Assembly: GCA_947631745.1 (NCBI GenBank)
Contig: CANRMM010000001.1
Coordinates: forward strand, 1,367 to 65,366
Direction of reading: 5' to 3'
DNA from: an uncultured Clostridia bacterium
GTDB taxonomy: Bacteria; Bacillota; Clostridia; TANB77; CAG-508
DNA length: 64,000 nt
In this document: one piece after another, positions 1 to 11,976 of the stretch
Numbering within the stretch: position 1 is the stretch's first letter
Layout of the letters: each line of letters begins with the position of its first letter
Notes under the pieces: model-generated
Databases searched by the model: none
What the model was told of the DNA's origin: nothing
The model's input: only the letters and a program-made list of their open reading frames with translations
Made by a program: the position numbers and the translations under genes

Positions 1-310
1 TGAATTTTGAACCATGCTAGAAGAATTGTCAATAACTAAAAATACTTCAACAGGAAGGCGCTCTTGTTCAATACTTTTTTTATTTTTCATTGTTAGTGTA
101 ATTGTTAAAGATTTATCATACTCATCAAATTCAGTTACTTTCTTTTCAAATTCTCCCATGTCACCTATTTCCACATGACAAACATTATCTTCAACTAATT
201 CAAATTTTGTTGCATCTTCTGGTAAAGGATCTACTGCAAATACTTTATTAGAAAATAAAATAACAAATAATAATAAAAAATAAATTGATTTTATAAATTT
301 TTTATTCATT
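1..310 (-). CDS. Secreted vWA-domain protein, N-terminal part; its 3' part lies beyond the window start.
   Basis: Minus-strand translation from ATG at 308-310 gives MNKKFIKSIYFLLLFVILFSNKVFA (signal peptide), then ...EVFLVIDNSSSM, a MIDAS-like DxSxS motif. No stop before position 1. Confidence 0.45.
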
Positions 311-452
311 TACATAATCACCTTTCAAAAATAATACACTTTTGTATTTTATCACATTTTTAGCAAATTTTCAAGTTTTTAAAATAATTTACATAAAAAA
401 TTACAGTTAATGTTTAAGAGTAAAACGTAAGATAAATTTTCTCTCTATTCGT

Positions 453-481
453 TGACAATTCTAAACAATGTTACTATAATA
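453..481 (+). promoter_or_regulatory. Consensus sigma-A promoter TTGACA-17nt-TATAAT with no annotated downstream gene.
   Basis: ttgacaattctaaacaatgttactataat, read directly. Only about 80 nt follow before a T-run and the tRNA terminator region. Confidence 0.4.
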
Positions 482-562
482 ATAGTAGCTTAAGCAAAAA
501 TTCAAATGAAAATGACAATATGTACGAAGGTGTGAATGTCGGTTCATATCTTTTTTTATGCT

Positions 563-591
563 AAAAAAACAGAGCAGGGAGAACTGCTCTG
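563..591 (-). terminator. Rho-independent terminator downstream of tRNA-Gln.
   Basis: 8-bp perfect stem CAGAGCAG/CTGCTCTG followed on the minus strand by a 7-T run. Confidence 0.55.
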
Positions 592-696
592 AAATTACTA
601 TGTAATTTTTTGGTTTTCGTTGTCTTTGTGATATTTTTTCAATTTTCTGGAGTAGAATTCATAATGTGAACTATTTAAGTTCGTATAATGCTCATT

Positions 697-771
697 TGGC
701 TGGGGTACTGTGATTCGAACACAGGAATGTCGGAGTCAGAGTCCGATGCCTTACCGCTTGGCGATACCCCA
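697..771 (-). tRNA. tRNA-Gln (anticodon CTG), 75 nt, CCA encoded.
   Basis: Cloverleaf by eye. Acceptor TGGGGTA/TACCCCA; D-arm GCC-AAGCGGTAA-GGC; anticodon stem TCGGA/TCCGA with loop CTCTGAC; T-arm CTGTG-TTCGAAT-CACAG; discriminator G + CCA. Confidence 0.9.
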
Positions 772-838
772 ATATTTAATTTTCTAAGTATTACCGCATA
801 CTGACGCTGTAACTCACTTCGTTCGAACAGCCTCAGCA

Positions 839-865
839 GCTTGGCGATACCCCAATATTTAATTT
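839..865 (-). repeat. 27-bp direct duplicate of the first 16 nt of tRNA-Gln plus 11 nt of its upstream flank (pseudo-tRNA fragment).
   Basis: gcttggcgataccccaatatttaattt occurs at 756-782 and again at 839-865. The 14-bp gctgtaactcactt is also duplicated (806-819 and 866-879). Confidence 0.6.
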
Positions 866-921
866 GCTGTAACTCACTTATATATAATATCATATTTTTT
901 TCAAAATAACTACTATTTTTA

Positions 922-962
922 TAAAAAATTTAAGCAGAGTAATAATAATCACTTACTCTGCT
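922..962 (-). terminator. Rho-independent terminator of eno.
   Basis: 11-bp perfect inverted repeat AAGCAGAGTAA/TTACTCTGCTT followed by a T-run on the minus strand. Confidence 0.6.
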
Positions 963-983
963 TATTATATTTATAATTTCATT

Positions 984-2291
<1,308 letters not shown>

Positions 2292-2316
2292 TTATCTCTG
2301 TAAGCTTATCATTTTA

Positions 2317-3120
2317 TTATAAATGATTTAATATTTGACTTTTAACTGCTTTCCTTTGAGCTTCAATCTGCTCAACATATGAAAGTTCCTTTTCACGAGG
2401 TTTTTGTTTGATTCTTTTTAATCCTCTTCTTTCCTTTTTAATACAAGTATAACGTTGTTCATCATATTTCTTTCTTTCTTTTTCTTGTTGTTTTTTATTT
2501 TCATCTTGCATTAAAATAAATTCCTCATAAGGTCTTTCTTTATTATAGTCAACTATATTTTTTATTGGTCTTTTATAAATAGGTTCTGAATAGATATCAA
2601 CATCATACATGTCGTCTACCACATTCTCTATTAAATATCTTTCAATTAATTTTTTATCTTTTCGGCAAAAACTATCAATTGGAATATCTAAATATTTATA
2701 TTTCCATATAATATGTCTTTCCACATTTGAATATTTCGAGAGAGATAAATCATCATAATGAAATTCAATTTCAAATTTTAAATTAACTAATTTAATAGTA
2801 ATATTAGTCCATACTCTTGCTCCAGAATCCTTATGCAATCTCCATAGCTCTTTAATAGATTGATATAACCTTCCTACCAATCTAATATATTCTTCTTCAT
2901 TTAATGAAAAACGATTTGGTATTTCATACACATTAATTGGATTCTTTTTCAATATACCACTTGGGAAATAATAAAAGAATAGTTCTCCTGTTTCTATGCT
3001 TAAAGCTTTTTGTGTTACAGAAGCATATAAATAAATTTTTTCCCATTTTTCTGGTATTAAATAAAATAATTGTTTTTGTATATTACTATATATTTTTTTA
3101 ATTTCTGGTGTATTTTCCAT
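2317..3120 (-). CDS. DUF600/YezG-like immunity-protein homolog with a 110-aa Lys/Glu-rich C-terminal tail.
   Basis: N-terminal 150 aa (IPEKWEKIYLYASV...ELFFYYF...YEIP...W-T...KYKY) matches the staphylococcal tandem-hypothetical / B. subtilis YezG immunity family as recalled, not searched. Confidence 0.45.
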   Translation of the reverse strand: MENTPEIKKIYSNIQKQLFYLIPEKWEKIYLYASVTQKALSIETGELFFYYFPSGILKKNPINVYEIPNRFSLNEEEYIRLVGRLYQSIKELWRLHKDSGARVWTNITIKLVNLKFEIEFHYDDLSLSKYSNVERHIIWKYKYLDIPIDSFCRKDKKLIERYLIENVVDDMYDVDIYSEPIYKRPIKNIVDYNKERPYEEFILMQDENKKQQEKERKKYDEQRYTCIKKERRGLKRIKQKPREKELSYVEQIEAQRKAVKSQILNHL

Positions 3121-3136
3121 ATATTCCTCCAGATAA

Positions 3137-4669
3137 TTATGCCCTTTCTATTAAACTTTCTCCAGTCATTTCCTCTGGTTTTTCCAATTCTAATATATCT
3201 AACATAGTTGGCGCCAAATCTGCTAGTTTTCCCTCTTTTAATGTAACATCATCAATTCCTACTAACATTAATGGTACAGGATTTGTTGTATGAGCCGTAT
3301 GTGGCTCTCCTGTCTTATAATCTATCATTTGTTCAGCATTTCCATGATCAGCAGTAATTATTAGAGCACCGTTTTTTTCTTTAATTGCATCTACTACTCT
3401 TTGAACACATTCGTCAATCTTTTCAATTGCTTTTATTGCCGCTTCTAAGCTTCCAGTGTGCCCTACCATATCAGGATTTGCATAATTTAATATAATAACA
3501 TTATATTTTTCAGATTTAATAGCATCTACTACTTTCTGAGTTACTTCTTCAGCACTCATTTCTGGTTGTAAATCATAAGTTTCTACCTTAGGTGATGGTA
3601 TTAATATTCTATCTTCTCCAGGATATTGTTTTTCTTCTCCACCGTTAAAGAAAAATGTAACATGAGCATATTTTTCTGTCTCCGCAATTCTTAGTTGTGT
3701 TAATCCCTGCTTACTAATATATTCTCCAAAAGTATTTTTTAGTTCTTGTGGTTTAAATGCAATATGCACATTTGGAATTGTCTCATCATATTGTTTAAAA
3801 CATACATAATATAGCTCCATTTTTTTAGTTTCAAATTCATTAAAATCTGGATCTACTAATGTCCTTGTAATTTCTCTTGCCCTGTCTGGTCTAAAATTAT
3901 AGAAAATAACAGAGTCGTGATTTTCTATTTTTGCAATTGGCTCATCTTTTACACAAATAACCGTTGGTTCTACAAATTCATCAAATACTTCTTTTTGATA
4001 AGATGCTTCAATTGCTGAAATTGCTGAACTAGCTTTATTTCCTACTCCATTCACTAATGCATCATAAGCTTTTTGAACTCTTTGCCATCTCTTATCTCTA
4101 TCCATACTATAGAATCTGCCTGAAATTGTTGCTATTTTCCCTACACCTTTTTCCTTCATTTTTTCTTCCAATTTAGAAATATAACCTTCAGCAGATGCAG
4201 GTGGCGTATCTCTACCATCTAAGAAACAATGTACATATACATCTTCAAAATCTTTCCTTTTTGCTAACTCCAAAAGAGCATACAAATGACGAATATGGCT
4301 ATGAACCCCTCCATCTGAAAGCAAGCCTAATATATGTAATTTTGAATGATATTTTTTACAATTTTCGATTGCTTCTGTTAGTTCTGATACACTAAAAAAA
4401 TCTCCATCTTCTATTGATTTTGTAATTCTAGTTAAGTCCTGATATACAATTCTTCCAGCACCTATATTTGTATGTCCTACTTCTGAATTTCCCATTTGTC
4501 CTTCTGGTAATCCTACTTGCATACCACTAGTATGAATAATAGTTGTAGGACATGTTTTCATTAGTCTATCAATATTAGGTGTCTTCGCAAGTTTAACTGC
4601 ATTTCCCTTTTCATTCTCATTAATGCCAAATCCATCTAATATCATTAGCATTGTCATTTTTTTGTTCAT
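3137..4669 (-). CDS. gpmI: 2,3-bisphosphoglycerate-independent phosphoglycerate mutase.
   Basis: 510 aa, typical iPGM sequence and operon position. Confidence 0.95.
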   Translation of the reverse strand: MNKKMTMLMILDGFGINENEKGNAVKLAKTPNIDRLMKTCPTTIIHTSGMQVGLPEGQMGNSEVGHTNIGAGRIVYQDLTRITKSIEDGDFFSVSELTEAIENCKKYHSKLHILGLLSDGGVHSHIRHLYALLELAKRKDFEDVYVHCFLDGRDTPPASAEGYISKLEEKMKEKGVGKIATISGRFYSMDRDKRWQRVQKAYDALVNGVGNKASSAISAIEASYQKEVFDEFVEPTVICVKDEPIAKIENHDSVIFYNFRPDRAREITRTLVDPDFNEFETKKMELYYVCFKQYDETIPNVHIAFKPQELKNTFGEYISKQGLTQLRIAETEKYAHVTFFFNGGEEKQYPGEDRILIPSPKVETYDLQPEMSAEEVTQKVVDAIKSEKYNVIILNYANPDMVGHTGSLEAAIKAIEKIDECVQRVVDAIKEKNGALIITADHGNAEQMIDYKTGEPHTAHTTNPVPLMLVGIDDVTLKEGKLADLAPTMLDILELEKPEEMTGESLIERA

Positions 4670-4689
4670 TTCTCTTACTGCTCCTTTAT

Positions 4690-5445
4690 TTATTCTTTTA
4701 CACTTTCAATTATATTATAAAATTCATCTACTTTTAAACTAGCTCCTCCTATAAGAGCTCCATCAACATCTGAAGTTTCAAATAATTCTTTACTATTAGA
4801 AGATTTTACACTTCCTCCATATTGTATAATAATTTTATCTGCTACATTTTTTCCATATAAATCAGCTATTTCGCTACGGATTGTTTCTGCCATATTATTA
4901 GCATCTTCTGTTGTAGCTGTTTTTCCAGTACCTATTGCCCAAATTGGTTCATAAGCAATAATCAAATTAGAAACTTGATCATCAGTTAAACCTTCTAAAT
5001 CTAACTTCACTTGACTTTTTACAACTTCATCCTGTCTTCCTACCTCACGTTGTTCCAAAGTCTCTCCTACACACAAAATTGGCTTTAGCTCATTTGAAAA
5101 TGCTGTTTTTAATTTTTTATTAACTGTTTCATCTGTTTCATTAAAATATTGTCTTCTCTCTGAATGTCCAATTATAACATATTCTACACCAATTGATTTT
5201 AGCATCTGAGCTGAAACTTCTCCTGTATAAGCACCACTTTGTTCCCAATGCATATTTTGTGCTCCTATTTTAATATTAGTGCCTTGTGCATTCATTAAAG
5301 CATAAAATAAGTCTGTATATGGTACACAAAGAATTATCTCACTATCTTTGTCTTTAACTAAAGGTGTTAATTCTTCTATAAATTTAATGGTAGCATCTGG
5401 AAGCATATTCATCTTCCAGTTGCCCGCTATCACTTTTTTTCTCAT
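4690..5445 (-). CDS. tpiA: Triose-phosphate isomerase.
   Basis: 251 aa. [11 protein letters not shown] and GGASLK motifs. Confidence 0.95.
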   Translation of the reverse strand: MRKKVIAGNWKMNMLPDATIKFIEELTPLVKDKDSEIILCVPYTDLFYALMNAQGTNIKIGAQNMHWEQSGAYTGEVSAQMLKSIGVEYVIIGHSERRQYFNETDETVNKKLKTAFSNELKPILCVGETLEQREVGRQDEVVKSQVKLDLEGLTDDQVSNLIIAYEPIWAIGTGKTATTEDANNMAETIRSEIADLYGKNVADKIIIQYGGSVKSSNSKELFETSDVDGALIGGASLKVDEFYNIIESVKE

Positions 5446-5475
5446 TTAAAAACTGAATCCTTTCTATATATTTTT

Positions 5476-6738
5476 CTATCTTAAGTGCACATCTTTATCT
5501 TTATTTTCTATTTCATTTTTTTTATCAGAAACTTCCTTTTGAGTATGTTCTTTATCTGTTAAAGCTACTAAACCTGGTAAATTTTTTCCCTCTAATAACT
5601 CTAAAGAAGCTCCTCCTCCTGTTGAAATATGTGTAAATTTATCTGCTAATCCTAATTTTTTAATCGCTGCTACTGAATCTCCACCGCCTACAACTGAAAC
5701 AGAATCTGTATTTGCAATTGCTTCAGCAATTCTTTCTGTTCCAATTGTATATTTTGAGAACTCGCATACTCCTAAAGGTCCATTCCATAAAACAGTTTTT
5801 GCATCTTTCAACTCATTTTGAAATTCCATTACTGTTTTTGGTCCAACATCTAGCCCTTGATATCCTTCTGGTATGCTGTCTACATTCACCATTTTATCTG
5901 GAGTATCATTTGAAAAATCTGTTGTTACATGAACATCTTGTGGAAGTTTTATCTTCACTCCTTCTTGTTCTGCTTTTTTCATAATTTTCTTTGCTTCTTC
6001 TATTTTATCATCTTCACAAATCGAATTACCTATATTATATCCTTTTGCCTTCAAGAAAGTGAATGCCATACCTCCACCTATTAAAATTTCATCTACTTTA
6101 TCAATTAAGTTTTCGATCACACCAATTTTATCAGAAACTTTTGCTCCTCCTAAAATTGCAACAAAAGGTTTCTCTGGACTTTCTAAAACTCCACCTAAAA
6201 GTTCAATTTCTTTTTCCATCAATAACCCTGCAACAGATTCATCAACATGATGTGTTACTCCTTCTGTTGAACTATGTGCTCTATGTGCTGATCCAAAAGC
6301 ATCATTCACATACACACCATCTGAAAGTGATGCAAGTTCTGCAGACAAAGAATCATCATTTTTTTCTTCTCTAGGATCAAATCTTACATTTTCTAATAAT
6401 GCAACTTCTCCATCTTTTAAAGATTCTGTTGTGCTTTGTGCACTACTTCCAGTTATATCTGAAGCAAATTTTACATCTGTATCAAGTAATTCTGTTAGTT
6501 CATCTGCAACTGGCTTTAAAGAATATTTTTCATTTACTTGTCCCTTTGGTCTTCCTAAATGAGAACATAAAATTACCTTTGCACCTTGCTCTCTTAAGTA
6601 TTGAATAGTTGGAAGTGCTGCTGTAATTCTAGTATTATCTGTAATTTTTCCATTTTCATCTAATGGAACATTAAAATCACATCTTACCAATACCTTTTTT
6701 CCTTTTAAATCAATATCTCTAATTGTCTTTTTATTCAT
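5476..6738 (-). CDS. pgk: Phosphoglycerate kinase, with a roughly 25-aa charged C-terminal extension.
   Basis: 420 aa, PGK similarity throughout. Confidence 0.95.
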   Translation of the reverse strand: MNKKTIRDIDLKGKKVLVRCDFNVPLDENGKITDNTRITAALPTIQYLREQGAKVILCSHLGRPKGQVNEKYSLKPVADELTELLDTDVKFASDITGSSAQSTTESLKDGEVALLENVRFDPREEKNDDSLSAELASLSDGVYVNDAFGSAHRAHSSTEGVTHHVDESVAGLLMEKEIELLGGVLESPEKPFVAILGGAKVSDKIGVIENLIDKVDEILIGGGMAFTFLKAKGYNIGNSICEDDKIEEAKKIMKKAEQEGVKIKLPQDVHVTTDFSNDTPDKMVNVDSIPEGYQGLDVGPKTVMEFQNELKDAKTVLWNGPLGVCEFSKYTIGTERIAEAIANTDSVSVVGGGDSVAAIKKLGLADKFTHISTGGGASLELLEGKNLPGLVALTDKEHTQKEVSDKKNEIENKDKDVHLR

Positions 6739-6770
6739 ATTTAACTTCCTTTCAAGTATATAATATACTT

Positions 6771-7796
<1,026 letters not shown>

Positions 7797-7888
7797 CTAT
7801 CGCATCTATATATTTAGTATTACCTAAACATCCTTATTTTATATCAAAAGTAATTACTTTTCAAGTACTTCAGCATATTTTATTGCCA

Positions 7889-7934
7889 CAAAAAAACATT
7901 AGGTTGCTATAAATATAACAACCTAATGTTTTTT
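7889..7934 (-). terminator. Rho-independent terminator (12-bp stem, bidirectional-looking) after ORF 7947..8333.
   Basis: AACATTAGGTTG...CAACCTAATGTT flanked by A-run and T-run. Confidence 0.55.
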
Positions 7935-7946
7935 ATCCACAATTTT

Positions 7947-8333
7947 TTATAATTCTATATTATCTACGATTTCTATTTCTTTGAATAAAAAATTTTTAAC
8001 TTTTTCACCTGTTATTTCATAGAATAAAAAGTCGTGTACTTTTTGACCTGTAATTTCTTGATTCCAAAAATCAGATATTCCTTTAACAATTTTCTCTTGT
8101 TTTGGTGTTAAAGTAATTTCAACTTCTTGGAATAAGAAATTTCTAACTTTTGTCCAGATACTTACTTGTGTTGGCAAACCGTTTACAGCACTATTATTAG
8201 TAGCATAAGATACACCATTATTATTTGTTCCATAAGTTGTTCCTTTACTACCTGTACCATAAGTTGTGCTATTGTTACCTGTACCATAGTTTGTTCCATA
8301 GTTATCTTCCATAACATTTCCTCCTTTGTACAA
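7947..8333 (-). CDS. Hypothetical small repeat protein.
   Basis: 128 aa. N-terminal YGT(G/N) repeats, then three copies of a roughly 13-aa motif (V/K)xNFLF(Q/K)E(V/I)EI. Terminator follows. Confidence 0.5.
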   Translation of the reverse strand: MYKGGNVMEDNYGTNYGTGNNSTTYGTGSKGTTYGTNNNGVSYATNNSAVNGLPTQVSIWTKVRNFLFQEVEITLTPKQEKIVKGISDFWNQEITGQKVHDFLFYEITGEKVKNFLFKEIEIVDNIEL

Positions 8334-8507
8334 TTAACTACCTTTTTCAAGTATATTTATACTACATTTATTTTGATTTAGCAAGCATAGTTTTCTTGTT
8401 TTTTTTGGTTCTATTCGTAAAAAGCCCTATTTTAAAGGCTTTTCTCTGTTTATTACATTTTCATTACAGTTTTATTACAGTATTATGACTTTTGCTAATG
8501 CCACATG

Positions 8508-9062
8508 TCATATTTCCATTTGACTTCCTAAAAAACTAGCTGCAGATTGAACTACTTTTTGTTCTACTTCTGTCATTTTTGTACCTGGATCTTTTGAAAG
8601 TAATATGACACTTCCAATAACATCTCCATCAGAAATAATTGGATATACTACTTGTGAATTAAATTTTCTATCCTTATTATCATTTTTAGTAATTGGTATA
8701 GCAATATCATTATTTTCCTTACTTGTATATTTTTCTTTATCTTCTAATATTCTTTCTAATTCTTCACTAATACCTTGCTCTAAAAATTCTTTCTTAGAAC
8801 CTCCTGAAACAGCTATTACTGTATCTTTATCTGTAATACAAGCTATATGACCCGTTGTTTTTGCTAATGTTTCTGCGTACTCTGTAGCAAACTCAGATAA
8901 TTCACCAATTGGAGAATATTTCTTTAGAATAACCTCTCCTTCTTTATCAGTAAATATTTCAAGTGGATCTCCCTCTTTTATTCTTAATGTTTTTCTAATT
9001 TCTTTTGGAATAACAACTCTACCTAAATCATCAATTCTTCTTACAACACCTGTTGCTTTCAA
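8508..9062 (-). CDS. spoVT: Stage V sporulation protein T (AbrB-type N-domain plus GAF domain).
   Basis: N-terminus MKATGVVRRIDDLGRVVIPKEIRKTLRIKEGDPLEIF is AbrB/SpoVT-like. Length 184 aa. Confidence 0.8.
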   Translation of the reverse strand: MKATGVVRRIDDLGRVVIPKEIRKTLRIKEGDPLEIFTDKEGEVILKKYSPIGELSEFATEYAETLAKTTGHIACITDKDTVIAVSGGSKKEFLEQGISEELERILEDKEKYTSKENNDIAIPITKNDNKDRKFNSQVVYPIISDGDVIGSVILLSKDPGTKMTEVEQKVVQSAASFLGSQMEI

Positions 9063-9158
9063 AACATTCCCTCCTTTTAAACTTTATATTGATATTCTAA
9101 TTTTTTCTTTTATAGTCTTATTATTGTTTTTTTTACTATTTTTATTCATAAATTTTGA

Positions 9159-9200
9159 CAAAAAAATCACCAAAGTAAATCTACATTTTACTTTAGTGAT
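9159..9200 (-). terminator. Rho-independent terminator of the KAP NTPase gene.
   Basis: 14-bp stem ATCACCAAAGTAAA/TTTACTTT(A)GTGAT plus 7-T run on the minus strand. Confidence 0.6.
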
Positions 9201-9210
9201 TCTCTCTAAT

Positions 9211-11196
9211 TTAATATGTTGTTTGTTCAGTTTCTACTTCTCCACTCTGCTTTTTATATTCTTCTATAATTGTACCAAGTTCGTCTGAAAAATTCTGTAA
9301 CATAACCATCTTAATAGTAGGCAATTTTCCATCAAGGTAATCGTCCATAACTTGTTTCAATTTCTTCAAATTTGGCAATTCCAATTGCAAATTCTTTCCG
9401 TTTCTTTTTGCTCTATCTAATAATTTTTCTTTAATTGTCACAATATCCTCATTGCTTGCACAAGATATTCTCTGGAACATTTGAAAAACATCGTAATATT
9501 TGAAAATAGGTAAATCCATACATTCTTTATCAAATTTATCATAGAACATTTCCATCTTCATTGGAATACACTTAAAGATATCTTCAGCCTTTTCCATATA
9601 CATTTTTTCTTTTAATTTTTCATTAATATTATGGAAATGTGTTAAAATTTCATCCATATCTTCTGAATGCTCATTATCTAATGCAATTCTAGACAACTCT
9701 TCTTCAACATTATCACAATAAGAAGATGTAAGAGATGCAATATTCATTCCATTTAAAAATACACTTTTTATTGTTCTCATATCATAGTTAATCAAATCTT
9801 TTCTAATAAAGTAAGCAAAATAAGCAAACAATTTTACAATATTAATTAATTCTAAGCGTCCATTTTTTACATCATCTAATACTTCTTCAATAATACCATT
9901 AAATTGGTCATCTGTAATTTTCCAATACTCTTCTGTAAGAAGTCTTTTATACGCAGGTAACTTATCTGTATCAATAGTATTAATGATAACTTCCATATCT
10001 TCTTTAAATACTTTCATATCAAAAATACGAGTACGTACATAAATTTCAATAAATTTAAAGAAACGATATTCAGCTTTAAAATTATAATAATAGTTATTAT
10101 CAAATTCTTTGATATAAAACTGTCTATTATCCATAAATACCCTTGAAGATACTAAAATAGCTTTATATTCTTCATTATTATTAATGTTAACAAACTTATC
10201 CTTTGTAATTTTTCCGGCTTTAATTTCAAATGAAATAGCAATTGTAAAAATAAGCATTGTTTGTAAAATTCTATTGTTTGTATTAGGATATGCTTTATTA
10301 ACCATATCAAATATCTTTTTAAAATTCGTTAAAGAGTGTTTCAAAATTCTTAAATTTCTTGTTCCACTTTTATTAAATGTAGAAATAATTAAATTTGTAT
10401 TCTCTCTTAAGAAACGAATTAAATCTGGATATTTTTCATAACGCATTAACAAACCATTAATTATATAATTAAACTCTGGTGCATATTCAAAAGTTTCACC
10501 AATTAATTTTTCTTTGATTCTCTCATAATCATTTGCTTTATCAAAAACATACTCAATAGTATCACGAATTCTCTCTACCATTGGTTTATCTGTTTTTTCA
10601 TTTAATTGATTCTGTTTATCTAATAAATATGTTGCAATAAATGTCTTCATTTCCAAATTACTATTTTTTAATTTGGTAGACAACTCTTTTTCATTACATA
10701 TAATAATTGTTTTAATATGATCATGTTCTACAAAGTTATTAATATATCCTAATATGTCGATAACATCTACATTAGCTCTCTCTAAGTCATCAAAACAAAG
10801 CACTTTATCATCAGTTGAGAAAAATTCTGCATAATCAATCCTATCTCCATTTTGGGTTACACCAAAGAAATTAGCCATGTCTAAGCCTGTTTTTGCATAT
10901 TCTGGAATAGTACTAACTCCACTTGCATCCATAAATTTTTTCAAGTTTTTATCCATTAATTGCGTAGTTTCAATAAAGATTTTTTTACTAATTTCCTCTA
11001 AGTTTGAAATACCATACAAAGACATATAAATGGCTGTATACTGTTTTCCATTTAATTGCATAGATTCAATTTTAGGTTTTATCTTATGATTCCAAAAATA
11101 TGTTTTTCCGCTTCCCCATTCACCATTAATCATAATGGCATAATCTGTATAATCAGAACGAATATAATCTAATATGCTTTCTACTAAATCTTCCAT
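9211..11196 (-). CDS. KAP-family P-loop NTPase.
   Basis: 661 aa. Walker A GEWGSGKT near the N-terminus, Walker-B-like hhhDDLER, long alpha-helical C-terminal region. Confidence 0.55.
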   Translation of the reverse strand: MEDLVESILDYIRSDYTDYAIMINGEWGSGKTYFWNHKIKPKIESMQLNGKQYTAIYMSLYGISNLEEISKKIFIETTQLMDKNLKKFMDASGVSTIPEYAKTGLDMANFFGVTQNGDRIDYAEFFSTDDKVLCFDDLERANVDVIDILGYINNFVEHDHIKTIIICNEKELSTKLKNSNLEMKTFIATYLLDKQNQLNEKTDKPMVERIRDTIEYVFDKANDYERIKEKLIGETFEYAPEFNYIINGLLMRYEKYPDLIRFLRENTNLIISTFNKSGTRNLRILKHSLTNFKKIFDMVNKAYPNTNNRILQTMLIFTIAISFEIKAGKITKDKFVNINNNEEYKAILVSSRVFMDNRQFYIKEFDNNYYYNFKAEYRFFKFIEIYVRTRIFDMKVFKEDMEVIINTIDTDKLPAYKRLLTEEYWKITDDQFNGIIEEVLDDVKNGRLELINIVKLFAYFAYFIRKDLINYDMRTIKSVFLNGMNIASLTSSYCDNVEEELSRIALDNEHSEDMDEILTHFHNINEKLKEKMYMEKAEDIFKCIPMKMEMFYDKFDKECMDLPIFKYYDVFQMFQRISCASNEDIVTIKEKLLDRAKRNGKNLQLELPNLKKLKQVMDDYLDGKLPTIKMVMLQNFSDELGTIIEEYKKQSGEVETEQTTY

Positions 11197-11311
11197 ATTT
11201 CATATCCTTTCTTTTGTTTTATCTAACACTCTTATATTTTATCATAAAGTATCTTTTTTCTTCAATGAATTTTTCGTGAATTTTTTTATTTTTTGTCGTA
11301 ATGCTTTTTCA

Positions 11312-11944
11312 TTAGTCTCTTGCTATTGTAAAAATTCCAACTCTCTTTGCACCAGAATCTAATAATATATTTTTGCATTCTTGAGTTGTTGCACCTGTTG
11401 TATAAATATCATCTAAAATAACAATTCTCTTTCCAATTATTTTGTGTATATTCTTTACTATATATACATTTTTAACATTTTTTAATCGTTTTTCTTTTCC
11501 TAATGTACTTTGTGGTTGTGTATTAATTATTTTTTCTATAACATCTGTCTGTATTTCAATCTTTAAATCCTTTGCTACTTTTTTAGCAATTAATTCACTT
11601 TGATTATATCCTCTTTCTCTTTTTCTTTTTGCATGAACAGGAACCGGTAAAATCATATCATATCTCTTAAAAAAATCACAAGCACTTTCACAATTTAAAA
11701 CTAAACAAGAAAATAAATTATATAAATATGCTTTATCATTAAATTTATAAGCAATCATTTTCTGTCTTATTAGCCCTTCATATTTCAATAAATGAAATAT
11801 ATCATTAATCTGTTTATCATTTTGATACATATATTTTTGTAACTCTTCTTCACATTTTTTGCATAAATATCCTTGTCCTAAAATACCACATATTCCGCAA
11901 CTTGATGGAAAAATAAAATCGAGGACAATATTTAAAAAGTTCAT
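11312..11944 (-). CDS. comFC: ComF-family protein (double zinc ribbon plus phosphoribosyltransferase domain).
   Basis: 210 aa. N-terminal CxxC...CxxC, C-terminal VLDDIYTTGAT PRTase motif. Confidence 0.7.
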   Translation of the reverse strand: MNFLNIVLDFIFPSSCGICGILGQGYLCKKCEEELQKYMYQNDKQINDIFHLLKYEGLIRQKMIAYKFNDKAYLYNLFSCLVLNCESACDFFKRYDMILPVPVHAKRKRERGYNQSELIAKKVAKDLKIEIQTDVIEKIINTQPQSTLGKEKRLKNVKNVYIVKNIHKIIGKRIVILDDIYTTGATTQECKNILLDSGAKRVGIFTIARD

Positions 11945-11976
11945 AAAACCTCCTTAATTTGCCCCCGAATATTAAA

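Noticed and set aside
756-865. The 27-bp direct repeats at tRNA-Gln as attL/attR of an integrated element.
   Set aside because: Only about 57 bp lie between the repeats, there is no integrase or cargo, and the duplication is on the 5' side. A local duplication or small-repeat insertion is more likely.
5712-6608. Plus-strand ORFs 5712..5984, 6059..6250, 6063..6374 and 6399..6608 inside pgk.
   Set aside because: Antisense to a well-conserved gene, Leu/Phe-rich low-complexity translations of AT-rich antisense sequence. Spurious.
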